From an uncultured Rikenellaceae bacterium (GTDB lineage Bacteria; Bacteroidota; Bacteroidia; Bacteroidales; VadinHA17): a stretch of DNA of 64,000 nucleotides. Both the position numbers and the translations under genes were made by a program. The notes under the pieces were generated by a model. It was not told the DNA's origin, searched no databases, and saw only the letters and a list, made by a program, of their open reading frames with translations. Location: positions 37,065-101,064 of the forward strand of contig CAZTJT010000012.1 of assembly GCA_964613785.1 (NCBI GenBank). Reading direction: 5' to 3'. Of this stretch, positions 63,185 through 64,000 are shown piece after piece (the first letter of the stretch is position 1; each line of letters starts with the position of its first letter).

Positions 63185-64000
63185 CTACTGATTTTCAATC
63201 TTATCGAGTTTTGTTTTTACAGCTTCGTACTTATCAGTCATCCTGAGTCTGTAATAAAGTTCCTTTAGTCCCCTTAGTGCATAAACGTCATCAGGAATAA
63301 GCTCATTTGCTCTTTCCATGTATGGCAGTGCTTTGGCGAAAACGGTCATAGCCTCTTCTATAGCTGCGTTGTATTTATTAACATCCATTATATCATTTGC
63401 TTTAAGGAACATGTCAGAAGCTTTGTTGATATAAGCAGCTCCCAGGCCGTACTGGCTGTCATAAAGGTCTGACTTCAGCTCTATTGATTTTGTAAGATTT
63501 TCGATTGCTTCATCATATTTACTTGAGTTAAGGTAAATTATACCTTCAGCAAAATAGAGGCTGTAGTTTGTTGGGTCGGCTTCTTTTGCCATTTTCAGGT
63601 ATTTTAAAGCCTCATCATTCTTTCCGCTCTTGATATAAAGGTCGATAAGTTGCAATGTAACGGATTTGTCGCCGGGAAATTTATCGGGAAGGCTTTTAAG
63701 AGTAGCCTCTGCCTTAAGTGTATCACCCATTCCCAGATAGCTTTCGTATATCTGATAGTAAGGGGTTATTCCCATGTACTGCATTTCAGCACACTTATTG
63801 AAATAATCGATTGCTTTATCGAATTTTTTTGAATTAACGGCAGCAAGGCCCGCATTGTAGTACATTCCTGTGTCAAGAGCACCTGCAAACTGATCACTTT
63901 CGGTGATTTTGATTTGTGTTTCAAAGGATTTAAGAGCCCCTTCAAAATCCTTGGCCTCAAACTGATCACCACCCTGTGTATAAAGATCGAGTGCCAGGGA
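63185..64000 (-). CDS. TPR-repeat protein, 5' end outside the window
   Basis: The frame stays open upstream of the listed Met at 63865 through to nt 64000 (...LDLYTQGGDQFEAKDFEGALKSFETQIKITESDQFAGALDTGMYYNAG...). Repeated A..Y...G/A TPR signatures. Confidence 0.7.
   Translation of the reverse strand, partial: SLALDLYTQGGDQFEAKDFEGALKSFETQIKITESDQFAGALDTGMYYNAGLAAVNSKKFDKAIDYFNKCAEMQYMGITPYYQIYESYLGMGDTLKAEATLKSLPDKFPGDKSVTLQLIDLYIKSGKNDEALKYLKMAKEADPTNYSLYFAEGIIYLNSSKYDEAIENLTKSIELKSDLYDSQYGLGAAYINKASDMFLKANDIMDVNKYNAAIEEAMTVFAKALPYMERANELIPDDVYALRGLKELYYRLRMTDKYEAVKTKLDKIENQ

Overview
About 64 kb of chromosomal DNA that reads as a Bacteroidota (Bacteroidales-like, probably anaerobic) genome. 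It has about 55 genes on both strands, TAnnTTTG-type -7 promoter elements and little sign of Shine-Dalgarno use. Most of it is ordinary housekeeping and central metabolism. In order: the end of an SSS symporter, a Tat-exported TIM-barrel isomerase, threonine aldolase, and a PstS-like/TPR/ExbB-ExbD-ExbD-TonB cluster. Then queA, RNase P RNA, kdsA, rarA, ggt, a C-N hydrolase and a YdiJ-like FAD/Fe-S oxidase. Then a five-gene pta-ackA-ptb-ptb-buk block, a DAACS symporter, pyrK-pyrD, an Lrp regulator, glycoside hydrolases and an extended Lgt. Then tRNA-Lys, an RSH (p)ppGpp enzyme, PrsW, typA, an MFS sugar porter, a GH78 rhamnosidase and polysaccharide-related genes. I found no CRISPR array, transposase, integrase, prophage or recognisable defence system, and I cannot point to a clear novel multi-gene system. 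The most unusual structure is at the SOS-type mutagenesis locus (XRE+S24 LexA-like repressor, divergent Y-family polymerase, DnaE2). Both polymerase genes are immediately preceded by copies of the same module, a 9-bp CTAG-containing tandem array (12 and 7 units) plus a conserved ~40-bp segment. The repressor promoter carries twin GATTA-N5-TAATC palindromes. Other points worth a second look are partial tRNA-Lys duplications, two phased palindrome arrays in AT-rich promoters, an Lgt fusion, an MFS porter with two inserted helices, an RSH with a degenerate hydrolase motif, and two decayed genes. All family assignments come from motif recognition by eye on the supplied translations. No database search was run.
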